A stretch of DNA of 28,198 nucleotides. Source: a virus. Lineage: Duplodnaviria > Caudoviricetes. The position numbers and the translations under genes were made by a program. Positions within the stretch are counted from its first letter, which is position 1; every line of letters begins with the position of its first letter. The stretch spans positions 1-28,198 of the IMG/VR virus record IMGVR_UViG_3300017777_000785; one strand, 5' to 3'. Below, piece after piece: positions 17,818 through 25,851 of the stretch. The notes beneath the pieces were generated by a model. The model was not told the origin of the DNA. It did no database searches and saw nothing but the letters and a program-made list of their open reading frames with translations.

Positions 17818-19379
17818 GATTCGATCTCCTCTCGATAAAGGTCAACTAGTTTAGTATGCATATCTACTTTACCTTGTAGCATAGCGTACATCTTCTTCTC
17901 TACTTCTGAACCCTGTAAGTGTACTACTGTCATCTTGTTCTTCTGTCCTACACGATCCATACGTGCGATACATTGTAGATACGTTTCAACCGACATCACC
18001 GGAGACCAAAAGACTACCGTGTCAGCACGCGTTAGGGTAACGCCATGAGATGCTGATTGAGGTTGAACTACTAGGACTCTAGGTTCATCCATGGTTTGAA
18101 ACATATTAATAATTTGTGCACGTTGAGTGGCTGATACATCGCCTTGAATGACTGCGATGCTGACGTTTTTCTCTGTTAAATGTCTTGCTACAACTTCAAT
18201 AGTGTGCCTATATGGAACAAAGACAATAACCTTGTGATCTGTTTCTTCGATGACTTCATCTAACGCTTTAAGTCTTGTACTAATATCAAACTCAATGACT
18301 TCTCTCTTATCCGTGTAGACTGCACCGCCTGAGATCTGGAGTAGTTTATTAAGTCCTGCCGCGGCATTCACAGCACTGACTTGTGTACCGGCTGTCTCAA
18401 TCATCATTTGTTCTTTTAGCATCTTGTAATACTTCTGTGCTTGTGGTGTGAGTGGTACTTCTCGTGTTTGATACATGACGTCAGGTAAGTCCAAGCAATC
18501 ATTTTTAGCAAACCGAATCGCCGGCTGTAATACTTTAAATACTTCGTGACGTGCGTTTGTTTTGGGTATCCATTTAAATCTTGTAATCTGAGTCATAACC
18601 TTATCACGCCAAGCCATACTAAATTTAGGTACGTTCTGCGGGCACACTAAGCGAGCAAGACCATAAGCATCTACAGGAGACTGGGATGCGGGGGTACCGG
18701 TTAACATCCATAACATGGTTTCAGGTTTAAGTAATTTAGCCAGCGTCTTCCAGCGCGTAGTAGAAGGACTTTTATATGCATTAGCTTCGTCGACCACAAT
18801 CAAATCAAAGTTACCTTTTTCTATATCTTCGCGAACAATCTGAACGCCATCATAATTAATCACCACGAATTCGTAGCCACCATCAATAATCTTTTTACGT
18901 TTGTTAGCTGTACCATGTGCAACCGCGATGGTTCGATGCATAGCTGTGTTCATTACATCTGATTGCCACGCTGAATACATAATAGATAAAGGACATATCA
19001 CAAGCACTCTTTTAACTAAGCCTTGTTGCATTAAATAATCGGCAGCCCAAATAACAGACGAAGTTTTCCCAGTGCCTGCTTCGTTAAAACAAAATGCACG
19101 ACGATTGATACTTAAAAATTCTGAGGTAGTTCTTTGGTGATCGAAGGGTCTATATAGACCTGGGAAATTATAGTCTCGTGAAATGGGAGAAGGAAGATTA
19201 CTTCGGAATGAAACGAGCTGGTTTAACTTCGTCATCTCAGGTACACCCCAGAAGACAATCATGTCTACTAAGTTACCACGCCATTCGATAACTTCTGACT
19301 TCTCAATATTGCTAGTGATATGTGGAACGATGTGTTCCGGTACGGTGATTTTTAATGCAGTATTTTCTATAAGTTCCAT
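17814..19379 (-). CDS. SNF2-family (superfamily II) helicase
   Basis: 521 aa. EAGTGKT (motif I), VVDEAN (motif II), LTGTP (motif III), SHGVTLT (motif V) and QCIARMDRVGQ (motif VI). Confidence 0.9.
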   Translation of the reverse strand: MELIENTALKITVPEHIVPHITSNIEKSEVIEWRGNLVDMIVFWGVPEMTKLNQLVSFRSNLPSPISRDYNFPGLYRPFDHQRTTSEFLSINRRAFCFNEAGTGKTSSVIWAADYLMQQGLVKRVLVICPLSIMYSAWQSDVMNTAMHRTIAVAHGTANKRKKIIDGGYEFVVINYDGVQIVREDIEKGNFDLIVVDEANAYKSPSTTRWKTLAKLLKPETMLWMLTGTPASQSPVDAYGLARLVCPQNVPKFSMAWRDKVMTQITRFKWIPKTNARHEVFKVLQPAIRFAKNDCLDLPDVMYQTREVPLTPQAQKYYKMLKEQMMIETAGTQVSAVNAAAGLNKLLQISGGAVYTDKREVIEFDISTRLKALDEVIEETDHKVIVFVPYRHTIEVVARHLTEKNVSIAVIQGDVSATQRAQIINMFQTMDEPRVLVVQPQSASHGVTLTRADTVVFWSPVMSVETYLQCIARMDRVGQKNKMTVVHLQGSEVEKKMYAMLQGKVDMHTKLVDLYREEIES

Positions 19380-19424
19380 ACTAATCCAATTAACTAATGT
19401 ATTAACTCGTTATACTAATCCTGT

Positions 19425-19454
19425 AGTATATCAGTCCTGCTTTTATAATGTCAA
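19425..19454 (-). promoter_or_regulatory. sigma70-type promoter upstream of the helicase/replication operon
   Basis: Minus strand TTGACA(19454-19449)-N18-TATACT(19430-19425) with a TG extension (TGATATACT), in an intergenic gap. Confidence 0.75.
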
Positions 19455-19468
19455 GTATAACTTAACAC

Positions 19469-19723
19469 TTATTTCATTGAGCTATCTTTATTTCTTTTGA
19501 ATGATCTGTTCTTACTTGGAGCTTGTAATTTAATTCCGTCTTTATTAGATCCACCTTTTGATAGCGCTTTAACATGGGCTACATCTTTACCTTTACGTGC
19601 AACACCTTTAGCATCAAGCTTACGACGTGCGCGTTGTCTTTCCATACGGGCATCGTGTTCACCACGTTCCACCTGTTGGGAGTATTCGAGTTTATAGGGT
19701 CTTGGTTTTTTAGTAGTAGCCAT
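19469..19723 (-). CDS. Small HNH-like endonuclease
   Basis: 84 aa, basic, with the GKDVAHVKALSKGGSN...NRS pattern of minimal phage HNH proteins. Confidence 0.6.
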   Translation of the reverse strand: MATTKKPRPYKLEYSQQVERGEHDARMERQRARRKLDAKGVARKGKDVAHVKALSKGGSNKDGIKLQAPSKNRSFKRNKDSSMK

Positions 19724-19728
19724 GCTCT

Positions 19729-19737
19729 ATTATATCA
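19729..19737 (-). promoter_or_regulatory. Extended -10 promoter (TGaTATAAT), probably giving a leaderless mRNA for the HNH gene
   Basis: Minus strand TGA-TATAAT-agagc-ATG. A perfect -10 ends 5 nt before the start codon and no SD is present. Confidence 0.55.
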
Positions 19738-20391
19738 TGCGCGATTAAAGTCGCAGGACTTGACTGGACAATATTTGCATAATGGTGTAGGGTTTGGCGC
19801 CCATACATTATTGTCATATGAGCTATCAAGGCGCTCTAAAGGTCCATAAAACTTTTCCCATGATTTGTCAATATCTTTTCTTTCATACTCTTCCGTGATA
19901 AATGAATTGTGCATAACAAAGAGAAGTCCCGCTTTAATCTTATTGACTTGGGGGAAATGAGCAAACGTCATGAGAGACATAAGCCTTAACTGTTTAGGAT
20001 CGGGATACTTATTACTGCCAGTTTTATAATCCACAATAAAAGCGTAGTCGTTATCAACGATAAGTAAATCAACAATGCCACGAACCCAACGTTTAGGATC
20101 AGCAAAGTCACATACCGTGCGGTCTTTATTAAGAGCCATTTCATATTCAGGATACTTAACACCAGGAATAGCAATAAGGCTATCAACTGAATTTTTAAAT
20201 CGGAGATAATTGGATGCAAGTTCTTTTCCATCTTTAACATAATCTTCCAGAGCCTTGTGAACTTCTGTACCATATATCATTTTTTCTGACGGGATGATTG
20301 TGTAATTTTGTGCGACTTTAATTTCGTAGTATTGTTTAGGGCAATTTTGATATTGCTTGAGAGATGAGTATGACCACGTAAAATCAGCCAT
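19735..20391 (-). CDS. PD-(D/E)XK exonuclease, Cas4/RecB-like
   Basis: 218 aa. WSYSSLKQYQNCPKQY, GTEVH, RGIVDL, IVDYKTG and C-terminal CKYCPVKSC (1+3 Cys, Fe-S-cluster type). Confidence 0.85.
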   Translation of the reverse strand: MADFTWSYSSLKQYQNCPKQYYEIKVAQNYTIIPSEKMIYGTEVHKALEDYVKDGKELASNYLRFKNSVDSLIAIPGVKYPEYEMALNKDRTVCDFADPKRWVRGIVDLLIVDNDYAFIVDYKTGSNKYPDPKQLRLMSLMTFAHFPQVNKIKAGLLFVMHNSFITEEYERKDIDKSWEKFYGPLERLDSSYDNNVWAPNPTPLCKYCPVKSCDFNRA

Positions 20392-20558
20392 TATTCAGCT
20401 TTCTTTTGAACTTCACCTGTTGATTTATTAAGTTCATATTCTACTTCTTCAGGTTTCTTCTTCCTAAAGATTAAGTCAAAGTTCTTTTCAAATTGTTCTG
20501 AGTTTGGTTTAGACTGCATCCAATCTCCTGTCACATCATTTCTTGAAGTCTTCTTCAT
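20391..20558 (-). CDS. Small hypothetical protein (55 aa), missed by the ORF track
   Basis: MKKTSRNDVTGDWMQSKPNSEQFEKNFDLIFRKKKPEEVEYELNKSTGEVQKKAE*. AAGGA RBS, TAATG coupling to the exonuclease gene, exactly fills the gap. Confidence 0.7.
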   Translation of the reverse strand: MKKTSRNDVTGDWMQSKPNSEQFEKNFDLIFRKKKPEEVEYELNKSTGEVQKKAE

Positions 20559-21042
20559 AGTTGTCCTTTATATCTTTTACAAGGTTATCAAAACTTAACT
20601 CATCTTTGTCTTTAACAAATTCAACACTCATAAGATACCGAGTGGTTTCAAAATTATATACTGTGTGTGGCACTTGTGTATTAAATATATAGTATGTCGC
20701 GGGCTTATATTTTAATTCTTCTATTTCAAATACAATTCCATCTTTATTGGGAGCAAATGCACAAACACTTCTATCGAACGGAGTCAGTAACATATTAATA
20801 CCTACACCACGTCTTGTATCTGTGTGCCAATCATAACAAGTATAAGGGTCTAGTTTTAATACACCTACTACAAATCCATATCTTGCATGTAGCCATCTAA
20901 AAAAGTTGTCTTGGGCTATTAACTCTGTAGGTATAGGTTTAACATTAAAATTATAGTGAGAAAACCATGGCTGAGGATTAAAGGCATAGTCATATAGTTC
21001 TTTAGCTATAGTAGATTTAGTTTTTATTTCATAATAGTTCAT
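20536..21042 (-). CDS. 2OG-Fe(II) oxygenase / cupin-fold (double-stranded beta-helix) protein
   Basis: 168 aa. HxD motif (WHTD), distal His (FNTQVPHTVYN) and a downstream Arg (TTRYLMS). Confidence 0.7.
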   Translation of the reverse strand: MNYYEIKTKSTIAKELYDYAFNPQPWFSHYNFNVKPIPTELIAQDNFFRWLHARYGFVVGVLKLDPYTCYDWHTDTRRGVGINMLLTPFDRSVCAFAPNKDGIVFEIEELKYKPATYYIFNTQVPHTVYNFETTRYLMSVEFVKDKDELSFDNLVKDIKDNYEEDFKK

Positions 21043-21045
21043 TAC

Positions 21046-22911
21046 TTAGCATTCTCCATAACTTGATCCGTCATGTGCTTCACACGCTACAGGTAGCCCT
21101 GTTGCCCAGCTAGGAGGAGTTGACATAGTGGACGTAATAAAGGAGAGGGCTTCATCCACTTCTGTCTCTGGAACAACATTGACTACCGCATCGTGAACAG
21201 TGAGCACAGGTCGATACTTCTTATTAATCTCTATCATCTGTTCGCCTACAATAATTCGTGCTAGTGCTTGAACTACATTCTCAACAACCGATCCACCCCA
21301 TATAGAATTGACACCACGTCTAGACTTATAAGTGAATTTAGATTTAGCTTCTGAGGTATCCCATTTAAGATCAGGGTAATAAATATAAAGACCGTTAGGT
21401 AACTTAATACCTTTAGGTGTAATGAGTAAGGACTTGTGTGCATCTAAGTAATAGGGTTCTTTACCGTCTTTCCATAACGACATATCTTGTAGTGCGTCAT
21501 CACATGCTTTCCATAAGTCAATCACTTTATTATTTACCTGGCGATACACACCGACTAAGCGTTTACATTCTTGATCATCTAAATCCACACCTGCCGATAT
21601 CTTAAGGGTCTGTTGCAGTTTAGTCCATCCAGTGCCATAGCCTAGTCCTAGAATACAAGTCTTGCCTACCGCACGTTCAGTCTTATCATCTTTAGTAATT
21701 GTCTTGCCGTAGATTTTAGTTGCAAACTCTGAGTATACATCTCGACCTTCTCTATACCATTCAACAATATCATCTTGACCGGATAACCATACAAGAACCC
21801 TTGCTTCAATTTGGGATGAGTCACAGTTAATAACACGATGCCCTTCGGGTGGGATAATGGCATTCTTTAAGGCTTTCTTTTTCTTATCTCTTGCTGGTAA
21901 GTTTTGGAAGTTAACTTTGTCCGATCCTGCCCATCGACCCGTATGTGCGCCGTAATACTTAAGAGGAATAGGCAACTTGCCCTTATTACGCGACCCAATA
22001 CCGATGAACCTTTCAATTCTACTCTCCTCAATAGTTGACTTCGTGCCTAACCTTACCCGACATAGTTCTTGAATGAAGGGGTCTTCATGTTCACATAAAT
22101 CTAGGAATCCTTGATCGCCTTTAGCTAGAGCGAAGGTATCTTTTCCGTTGGCAGGAGATATTTTAGTAGGCACCACAACGCCCAATTCTGTTAATATCTC
22201 AGCGAATTGTTTGTTACTTGCAAGCTTTGCTCTAACGCATTCCTCAGTCTCACACTCCATCCGAATCATTAAACCTTTTAATAACTCAGACTTTTCAAGT
22301 TGGACTTCTTCTAATCTATCTTGCAATAAGCCATCGTCGACTTCTAAGACTGGCTCTGTATACATGCGTAAGGTTATATCAATCAGTTTGATCTCTGACT
22401 CTGGGAATTCTGGGGCTAACACTTGGAATAATTTGTAGGTAAGATCTACATCGTTCTTGCAGTATGAACCGTATTGCGCTAAGTCAGTCATACTAAAGTC
22501 TTCTAGTCGTTTACCTTTAGCGTCAACGACCTCTGTTCCTTTGCGACCTAGATTGTATTTCTCCACAAGAAAAGCAAGGCTTCCACCCACGTCCACGCCA
22601 TGCTTAGCGCGTGCCATAGACAACGTATCCAAATAGATAGCAGGAATGATATTAAAAATGAATGAAAGAATACCTCCGTCGAACTGCGTGTTGTGACATA
22701 AGAGGACAGAGCTTTTCCAATCGATTGTATCCAGCTCTTGCTTGATCGCATTATGTGTGCCTGTAACCCAACGTGATTCACCATCATCAATCTTAATACC
22801 AACGCCAATGACTTGGAATCTTTCATGTCTTATGTATTCTTCTGTGGTTAGATTAGTTAGTGAAAACCCTGTTTCATAAAAGGTTTCGAAATCCAGTGTG
22901 ACTAGTTGCAT
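21046..22911 (-). CDS. polA: DNA polymerase, family A, with 3'-5' exonuclease domain
   Basis: 621 aa. ExoI DFET, ExoII HNTQFD, ExoIII YCKND; TGRW; motif A DSSQIEAR, motif B RAVGKTCILGLGYG, motif C VHDA. Confidence 0.93.
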   Translation of the reverse strand: MQLVTLDFETFYETGFSLTNLTTEEYIRHERFQVIGVGIKIDDGESRWVTGTHNAIKQELDTIDWKSSVLLCHNTQFDGGILSFIFNIIPAIYLDTLSMARAKHGVDVGGSLAFLVEKYNLGRKGTEVVDAKGKRLEDFSMTDLAQYGSYCKNDVDLTYKLFQVLAPEFPESEIKLIDITLRMYTEPVLEVDDGLLQDRLEEVQLEKSELLKGLMIRMECETEECVRAKLASNKQFAEILTELGVVVPTKISPANGKDTFALAKGDQGFLDLCEHEDPFIQELCRVRLGTKSTIEESRIERFIGIGSRNKGKLPIPLKYYGAHTGRWAGSDKVNFQNLPARDKKKKALKNAIIPPEGHRVINCDSSQIEARVLVWLSGQDDIVEWYREGRDVYSEFATKIYGKTITKDDKTERAVGKTCILGLGYGTGWTKLQQTLKISAGVDLDDQECKRLVGVYRQVNNKVIDLWKACDDALQDMSLWKDGKEPYYLDAHKSLLITPKGIKLPNGLYIYYPDLKWDTSEAKSKFTYKSRRGVNSIWGGSVVENVVQALARIIVGEQMIEINKKYRPVLTVHDAVVNVVPETEVDEALSFITSTMSTPPSWATGLPVACEAHDGSSYGEC

Positions 22912-22920
22912 GTATGCTTT

Positions 22921-23190
22921 CTATATAATAGAAAGAACGACTACAAACGCTAAGAATAATCCAAGCACAATTCTGTTAGTTATTTTTTCTTCTTTCTCTA
23001 ATTGGTCTTCGCTATGATATGTGCCGCCCCATGCTTCATAGGATGAACGCGGTGTTTTCTTTTCGAAGGTATCAGGATTAAAAAATCTCCAGCCTTTCTT
23101 GGCATTCTTTTTAAATACTTTCATTTGCCAATCTTCAAATTCTTTTATTGCTAACCGTGCAGATGGATCAAAGTTATTAGTTGTTTCCAT
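22921..23190 (-). CDS. Hypothetical protein with C-terminal transmembrane helix (89 aa; start revised)
   Basis: AGGAG RBS before the ATG at 23190 (METTNNFDPS...). Hydrophobic tail IVLGLFLAFVVVLSII. The listed longer start would overlap the Zn-finger gene. Confidence 0.6.
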   Translation of the reverse strand: METTNNFDPSARLAIKEFEDWQMKVFKKNAKKGWRFFNPDTFEKKTPRSSYEAWGGTYHSEDQLEKEEKITNRIVLGLFLAFVVVLSII

Positions 23191-23191
23191 T

Positions 23192-23401
23192 TCAATTCTC
23201 CTTTTTCTTTTGATAGCTTTCAAATTCATTCCGGCATTCAATTGAGCACCAACGTCTGTCGTCTTTGATTGGGTTCTCACACCATATACAGTTCCCTGTT
23301 TGATTAGAAGGTTTTTTGATTTGATCATGTGCGTTCCTTATTCCAACATCGATGGCGTGTTGCATTAAATCATTTGCTACGTCGGCATCATCTCCCATCA
23401 T
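23192..23401 (-). CDS. TraR/DksA-like C4 zinc-finger protein
   Basis: N-terminal MGDDADVA (DxxDxA), a helix, then CIWC-x10-CSIEC. Confidence 0.7.
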   Translation of the reverse strand: MMGDDADVANDLMQHAIDVGIRNAHDQIKKPSNQTGNCIWCENPIKDDRRWCSIECRNEFESYQKKKEN

Positions 23402-23655
23402 ACTGAATACTTTGTGTTCTTCCTTGATGGATTTGTTTCTGAAGCCCTATTAAAATATCCATTCCAATTAGTATTTGCCCCTTTGGGTAAGGCTTTAGGT
23501 AGTTGAATTAAACCTTTTTTATCTAGGTTTCTGACTCTTATGGCACTGCCTGTCGCATGTAATACAATTTGATTACGAGTTGCATTTGGATGCTTTTCCA
23601 TGTATTGATTTACCATTTCAATAAGTTCTTCATCTGTCTTTACTTTGCTATTCAT
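23398..23655 (-). CDS. Hypothetical protein, possible winged-helix DNA-binding (start revised)
   Basis: MNSKVKTDEELIEMVNQYMEKHPNATRNQIV...VRNLDKKGLI. TAATG overlap with the upstream gene at 23655. Confidence 0.5.
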   Translation of the reverse strand: MNSKVKTDEELIEMVNQYMEKHPNATRNQIVLHATGSAIRVRNLDKKGLIQLPKALPKGANTNWNGYFNRASETNPSRKNTKYSV

Positions 23656-23837
23656 TAAAACAAACACTCCCCTACTAGTTTAAATAAGTCTTCTTTAACT
23701 TCTTTTACTTTCTCAAGTCTGATTACTTTAGCATGAGGATTGTTATCTGTAAACCATTTAGCTTCCTTGACAGACCATCTATGTTGGCGTATAACCTCAC
23801 CCTCATCGTCCACTACTGCGTAACTAAAAGGAATCAT
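23655..23837 (-). CDS. Hypothetical protein (60 aa)
   Basis: Tightly packed ORF with ATGA and TAATG overlaps. Confidence 0.6.
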   Translation of the reverse strand: MIPFSYAVVDDEGEVIRQHRWSVKEAKWFTDNNPHAKVIRLEKVKEVKEDLFKLVGECLF

Positions 23838-24049
23838 GGCACTAAAGTCTTTTGTTCAAAACATTCTAAGTGCGACTTCACAAACATATTAGTTCTTACT
23901 TCTTCATAGAGTTCACCTTGTATACACTTAAGGTTTGTCTTATATTTTGTTTGTGGTTGGTTATACTTCATAATTCCCCAAGTAATGCAACACCCTACAA
24001 TTAATCCTACTAGCACAAACCCTGTGCCTTCGTAATTTTTATCCATCAT
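23834..24049 (-). CDS. Small membrane-anchored protein
   Basis: N-terminal hydrophobic stretch GFVLVGLIVGCCITWGIM; AGGAG RBS; a Cys pair in the soluble part. Confidence 0.6.
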   Translation of the reverse strand: MMDKNYEGTGFVLVGLIVGCCITWGIMKYNQPQTKYKTNLKCIQGELYEEVRTNMFVKSHLECFEQKTLVP

Positions 24050-24258
24050 ACTCTCCTATATTGTCTATATATTCTACACATTTTATTGCCTTGCATCACG
24101 TTATATAAATTACATCTTACAATAGGTTTATTACGCGATATTAAATACTGCTCGCCTGTGTATTGCACACCCGCCTGTGTAGCTACACTTGTAGCAAGAG
24201 AGACACACCCACTACTAAAGACCATTGTAAGCATCAGTAAGGCGTTGCGTAGACTCAC
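24046..24258 (-). CDS. Putative lipoprotein (start revised to GTG 24258)
   Basis: (M)SLRNALLMLTMVFSSG-C resembles a signal peptide II with lipobox; AGGAG upstream. Confidence 0.5.
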   Translation of the reverse strand: MSLRNALLMLTMVFSSGCVSLATSVATQAGVQYTGEQYLISRNKPIVRCNLYNVMQGNKMCRIYRQYRRV

Positions 24259-24466
24259 GGTAACTTTTAACTCCTGTAATTTTTTCAGCATTTGCTTCAT
24301 CTTTATATAGTGGGGTGATCACGATGTGGTGTTTCTTATTAGGTAGGTCTCGTATCCACGATAATTCTTTAGGTCTAAATTGTGTTATCGACGACCACAC
24401 TAATTCACCATTGACATTGAATTCTTCTGTTGACCATGCGTATGGTTGTTTAAGGGTTTCTTGCAT
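24215..24466 (-). CDS. Hypothetical protein (start revised)
   Basis: AGGTGG RBS before the ATG at 24466 (MQETLKQPYAW...ITPLY). Confidence 0.55.
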   Translation of the reverse strand: MQETLKQPYAWSTEEFNVNGELVWSSITQFRPKELSWIRDLPNKKHHIVITPLYKDEANAEKITGVKSYRESTQRLTDAYNGL

Positions 24467-24836
24467 ATTTGCTACCACCTTGTTTATAAAATATTAGGTT
24501 CGACCATTTTACTACAGGTTGCAATCCTGTCCATGATCTTGGTTTCTTTATTGTTGTGTCATGAAAGTGAGTTGATCCATAACTATAATCTACTTCTAAT
24601 CTATGTAATACTTTGTATGCTATGTCTTTATATTGTTGTCGGATTACCGATGGCGGTTTAACTAATCCATACCAACTAAACTGCGCGGGTCTCTTCATTT
24701 CATAACATACGTTCTTATGGTTAAAATCTGCTCTACGCATTAAAACGTAGCCTACGGCGATTTGCGCTTCGCGTGGCTCATGAGCGGACTCCATGTAAAT
24801 GGTTGTGGCTAGGCACAATAAGGCTTGGTCAAGCAT
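24450..24836 (-). CDS. Cell wall hydrolase, SleB/Hydrolase_2 family
   Basis: CLATTIYMES (catalytic Glu), QIAVGYVLMRR, VC...AQFSW and GSTHFH motifs. Confidence 0.85.
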   Translation of the reverse strand: MLDQALLCLATTIYMESAHEPREAQIAVGYVLMRRADFNHKNVCYEMKRPAQFSWYGLVKPPSVIRQQYKDIAYKVLHRLEVDYSYGSTHFHDTTIKKPRSWTGLQPVVKWSNLIFYKQGGSKYARNP

Positions 24837-24877
24837 AAGCTTCCCCCTTCTTCTTTATCACTGGTTTCAGTAATCTT

Positions 24878-25165
24878 TTAGGATTGGTTCTCTTCGTGAG
24901 AAATTAATTTGTCTAGATACCATCGGGCTTTTTTTAAGTCCTCGATACCGTTCTTGAATTTGTATCTCCAAATATACTTAATGACGTTAGCTACGCAAAC
25001 TGCGCTGATGCCTATCAATCCTTTAGTAGATTCTTCAATAGCGTCGATGCACTCGATCTTGCCTTGAGTGTAGTGTGATGGGTGGTTAATACTATCTCCC
25101 GCACCCGGGTGTTTTACTTCTTTACTTCCTGTGTAACTACTCAATATCTTCTTTAACCTAGTCAT
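24878..25165 (-). CDS. DUF3310 (SaV-like / T7 gp1.7-related) protein
   Basis: DSINHPSHYTQGKIECIDAI...NVIKYIWRYKFKNGIEDLKKARWYL signature. Confidence 0.9.
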   Translation of the reverse strand: MTRLKKILSSYTGSKEVKHPGAGDSINHPSHYTQGKIECIDAIEESTKGLIGISAVCVANVIKYIWRYKFKNGIEDLKKARWYLDKLISHEENQS

Positions 25166-25449
25166 TCAATCTCCTTTACTAGAGTCAATAGAGCCTCTAT
25201 ATTATCCTCATTTACCACGATTGCCAAGCCCTGATTGCGTTGTATCTCTTTTATGTTGTGTTTTTGCAACAACGTTGGCTCGTTCTTTCCGGCTTTACAT
25301 TCAATACCAATGAACATTCCTTTATAGCAAGCGATAATATCCGGCACTCCGCTTCTACCAAACCCCCCACTCATTGGGGAAAAGTGATACGCACCAATGT
25401 CATCTAATATCTTCTTGACTTGCTTTTTAACTTTGGCTTCGGGTTTCAT
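25162..25449 (-). CDS. VRR-NUC domain endonuclease (Holliday-junction-resolvase-like; start revised)
   Basis: MKPEAKVK...GRSGVPDIIAC..G.FIGIECKA...PTLLQ. ATGA overlap at 25446-25449. Confidence 0.85.
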   Translation of the reverse strand: MKPEAKVKKQVKKILDDIGAYHFSPMSGGFGRSGVPDIIACYKGMFIGIECKAGKNEPTLLQKHNIKEIQRNQGLAIVVNEDNIEALLTLVKEIE

Positions 25450-25718
25450 ATGGTAGGTATTATATTTAACTCTGATTGACTCGACGTCCATATTGCACCG
25501 GCTTCGTTACCTTCATCGTCACTCATAGCTACTATCCAATGACCATCTTCAAACTCAATCACAACACCGTTCTTAGTCCATGCCAAGTCCTCAGTCTCCC
25601 TATCGTTTAGGTATCTCACACGTCGAATGGTTTTACCGACGAGAAAGTTACTTGCTAGGTTACCCCAATGTTCTCTAAGTTCTGCTTTGTTTTGATCAAC
25701 TAGTTCGTTCTGTTCCAT
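25446..25718 (-). CDS. Hypothetical protein (90 aa)
   Basis: AAGGAG RBS; conserved-looking LVGKTIRRVRY...MSDDEGNEAGA motif. Confidence 0.7.
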   Translation of the reverse strand: MEQNELVDQNKAELREHWGNLASNFLVGKTIRRVRYLNDRETEDLAWTKNGVVIEFEDGHWIVAMSDDEGNEAGAIWTSSQSELNIIPTI

Positions 25719-25851
25719 CTTGTTTCTCCTTTTTAAATCGTTCTGCGCCTGTTGTTATCATGCGGGCGTATGCACTTGCGTCTTCCAACGCACTATCTTC
25801 AAAAAATGATTGCTCTTGTATCACATACTCTAAGTCTTGATCAATCTTCAC
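25696..25851 (-). CDS. Small hypothetical protein (51 aa), missed by the ORF track
   Basis: GTG start after GGTGG; (M)KIDQDLEYVIQEQSFFEDSALEDASAYARMITTGAERFKKEKQDGTERTS*. Fills the gap between neighbours. Confidence 0.5.
   Translation of the reverse strand: MKIDQDLEYVIQEQSFFEDSALEDASAYARMITTGAERFKKEKQDGTERTS

Noticed and set aside
19735-20391. Cas4-like gene as evidence of a CRISPR-Cas system
   Set aside because: No repeat-spacer array or other cas genes; solo Cas4-like exonucleases are routine in phage replication modules.
21046-22911. DpoZ / Z-base (2-aminoadenine) genome system
   Set aside because: No purZ, datZ or mazZ-like gene is visible in the window.
23834-24258. Rz/Rz1 spanin pair
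   Set aside because: The membrane protein lacks a long coiled coil, the order is lipoprotein first, and no holin is adjacent.
24857-24874. Small hairpin ATTACTG-AAAC-CAGTGAT (minus strand) before the hydrolase gene as a terminator
   Set aside because: Weak AT-rich stem with no following U tract on the coding strand.
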